Part shown: positions 53,167 through 53,717 of the stretch, piece by piece
How positions within the stretch are numbered: position 1 is the first letter of the stretch
How the letters are laid out: each line of letters starts with the position of its first letter
DNA from: a virus
Taxonomy: Duplodnaviria; Caudoviricetes
Reading direction: 5' to 3' (one strand)
IMG/VR virus record: IMGVR_UViG_3300042997_001874
Coordinates: 1-53,717 of that record
Length of the DNA: 53,717 bases
Made by a program: the position numbers and the translations under genes
The notes under the pieces: generated by a model
Database searches by the model: none
Seen by the model: only the letters and a program-made list of their open reading frames with translations
Told to the model about the DNA's origin: nothing

Positions 53167-53717
53167 ATGGCTGAAAATAAAAGATATACTACTCAAAAGA
53201 AACAGAATTCAGGACAAGATAGTGTCATTAAGGATGATTTATATCTGTTCTCAATCCCTACTGGCTCTTCTGAAGATCTTACTTTAGTTTTAAATCCCCA
53301 ATCCAAACAAGTTAGATACGTAACAGGAGGAACAGGAGGAACAGGCACATCTGGTACATCCGGTTCTTCAGGGGGCGCTAATACATCTGGTACCTCTGGT
53401 GCAGCTGGTTCTTCAGGCAGTTCAGGTAGCAGTGGTATTTCAGGCTCTTCCGGCTCTTCAGGTACAAGTGCTTCAACAGGTCAATCTGGCAGCTCAGGTA
53501 GTTCAGGTTCTAGAGGTTTATCAACTTCTTCAGGTTCATCAGGTATTTCAGGTTCAGGTGGTTTAAGTACTTCTTCTGGCACCTCTGGTAGCTCTGGTAG
53601 TTCCGGCACTTCAGGTGTAGCAGGTCTTTCAGGTTTAAGTACTTCCTCAGGCTCAACTGGTTCATCTGGTTCTTCAGGCTTATCTGGTTCTACAGGTTCT
53701 AGTGGCTTATCAGCTTC
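53167..53717 (+). CDS. Partial (3'-truncated) Gly-Ser/Thr repeat fibre protein (collagen-like G-X-Y periodicity)
   Basis: Hand translation MAENKRYTTQ...VTGGTGGTGTSGTSGSSGG...GSSGSSGSSGISGSSG; the frame is open to the window end. Not in the ORF track. Confidence 0.75.
   Translation, partial: MAENKRYTTQKKQNSGQDSVIKDDLYLFSIPTGSSEDLTLVLNPQSKQVRYVTGGTGGTGTSGTSGSSGGANTSGTSGAAGSSGSSGSSGISGSSGSSGTSASTGQSGSSGSSGSRGLSTSSGSSGISGSGGLSTSSGTSGSSGSSGTSGVAGLSGLSTSSGSTGSSGSSGLSGSTGSSGLSA

Noticed and set aside
1-53717. Stop-codon reassignment (seen in some large phages)
   Set aside because: Core genes are intact in code 11, and TAA, TGA and TAG all occur as real stops with tight gene packing
1-53717. CRISPR array, tRNA or rRNA genes
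   Set aside because: No regularly spaced repeats, and no cloverleaf or T-loop signature in the few intergenic gaps (14255-14427, 35324-35448, 46109-46289, 49305-49405)

Overview
This window is a 53.7-kb, AT-rich, densely coded segment of a large T4-like (myovirus-type) phage genome, and every credible gene is on the + strand. It carries a gp55-like sigma factor, a baseplate/tail block (gp5-like spike, gp25, gp6, large wedge/tail proteins), primase and exonuclease, and a ~12-kb block of small or mosaic proteins. After that come an FAD-oxidoreductase/cupin/kinase cluster, the head module (terminase gp17, portal gp20, protease gp21, scaffold, major capsid gp23), phoH, neck/tail-completion genes (gp13, gp14, gp15) and the start of a Gly-Ser-Ser repeat fibre. 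AT-rich start contexts without Shine-Dalgarno sites, TTG-N19/20-TATCTT promoters and an Hc1-like gene suggest a Bacteroidota host (inference). The most notable unexplained patterns are four. (1) An apparent capsid-cargo system: many unrelated enzymes (Zeta-like kinase, protein kinase, HIGH nucleotidyltransferase, zincins, HAD nucleotidase, nuclease) carry short amphipathic N-terminal leaders ending in gp21-type [ILV]-x-E sites, some are polyproteins joined at such sites, and one copies the scaffold's C-terminal motif. (2) A [S/T]-G-S tripeptide is concentrated in exterior virion proteins. (3) A TATTTATA late-promoter motif occurs 14 times and is the reverse complement of the T4 consensus. (4) The scaffold-capsid operon has a structured 5' leader. 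All calls come from reading motifs by eye; no database searches were run.
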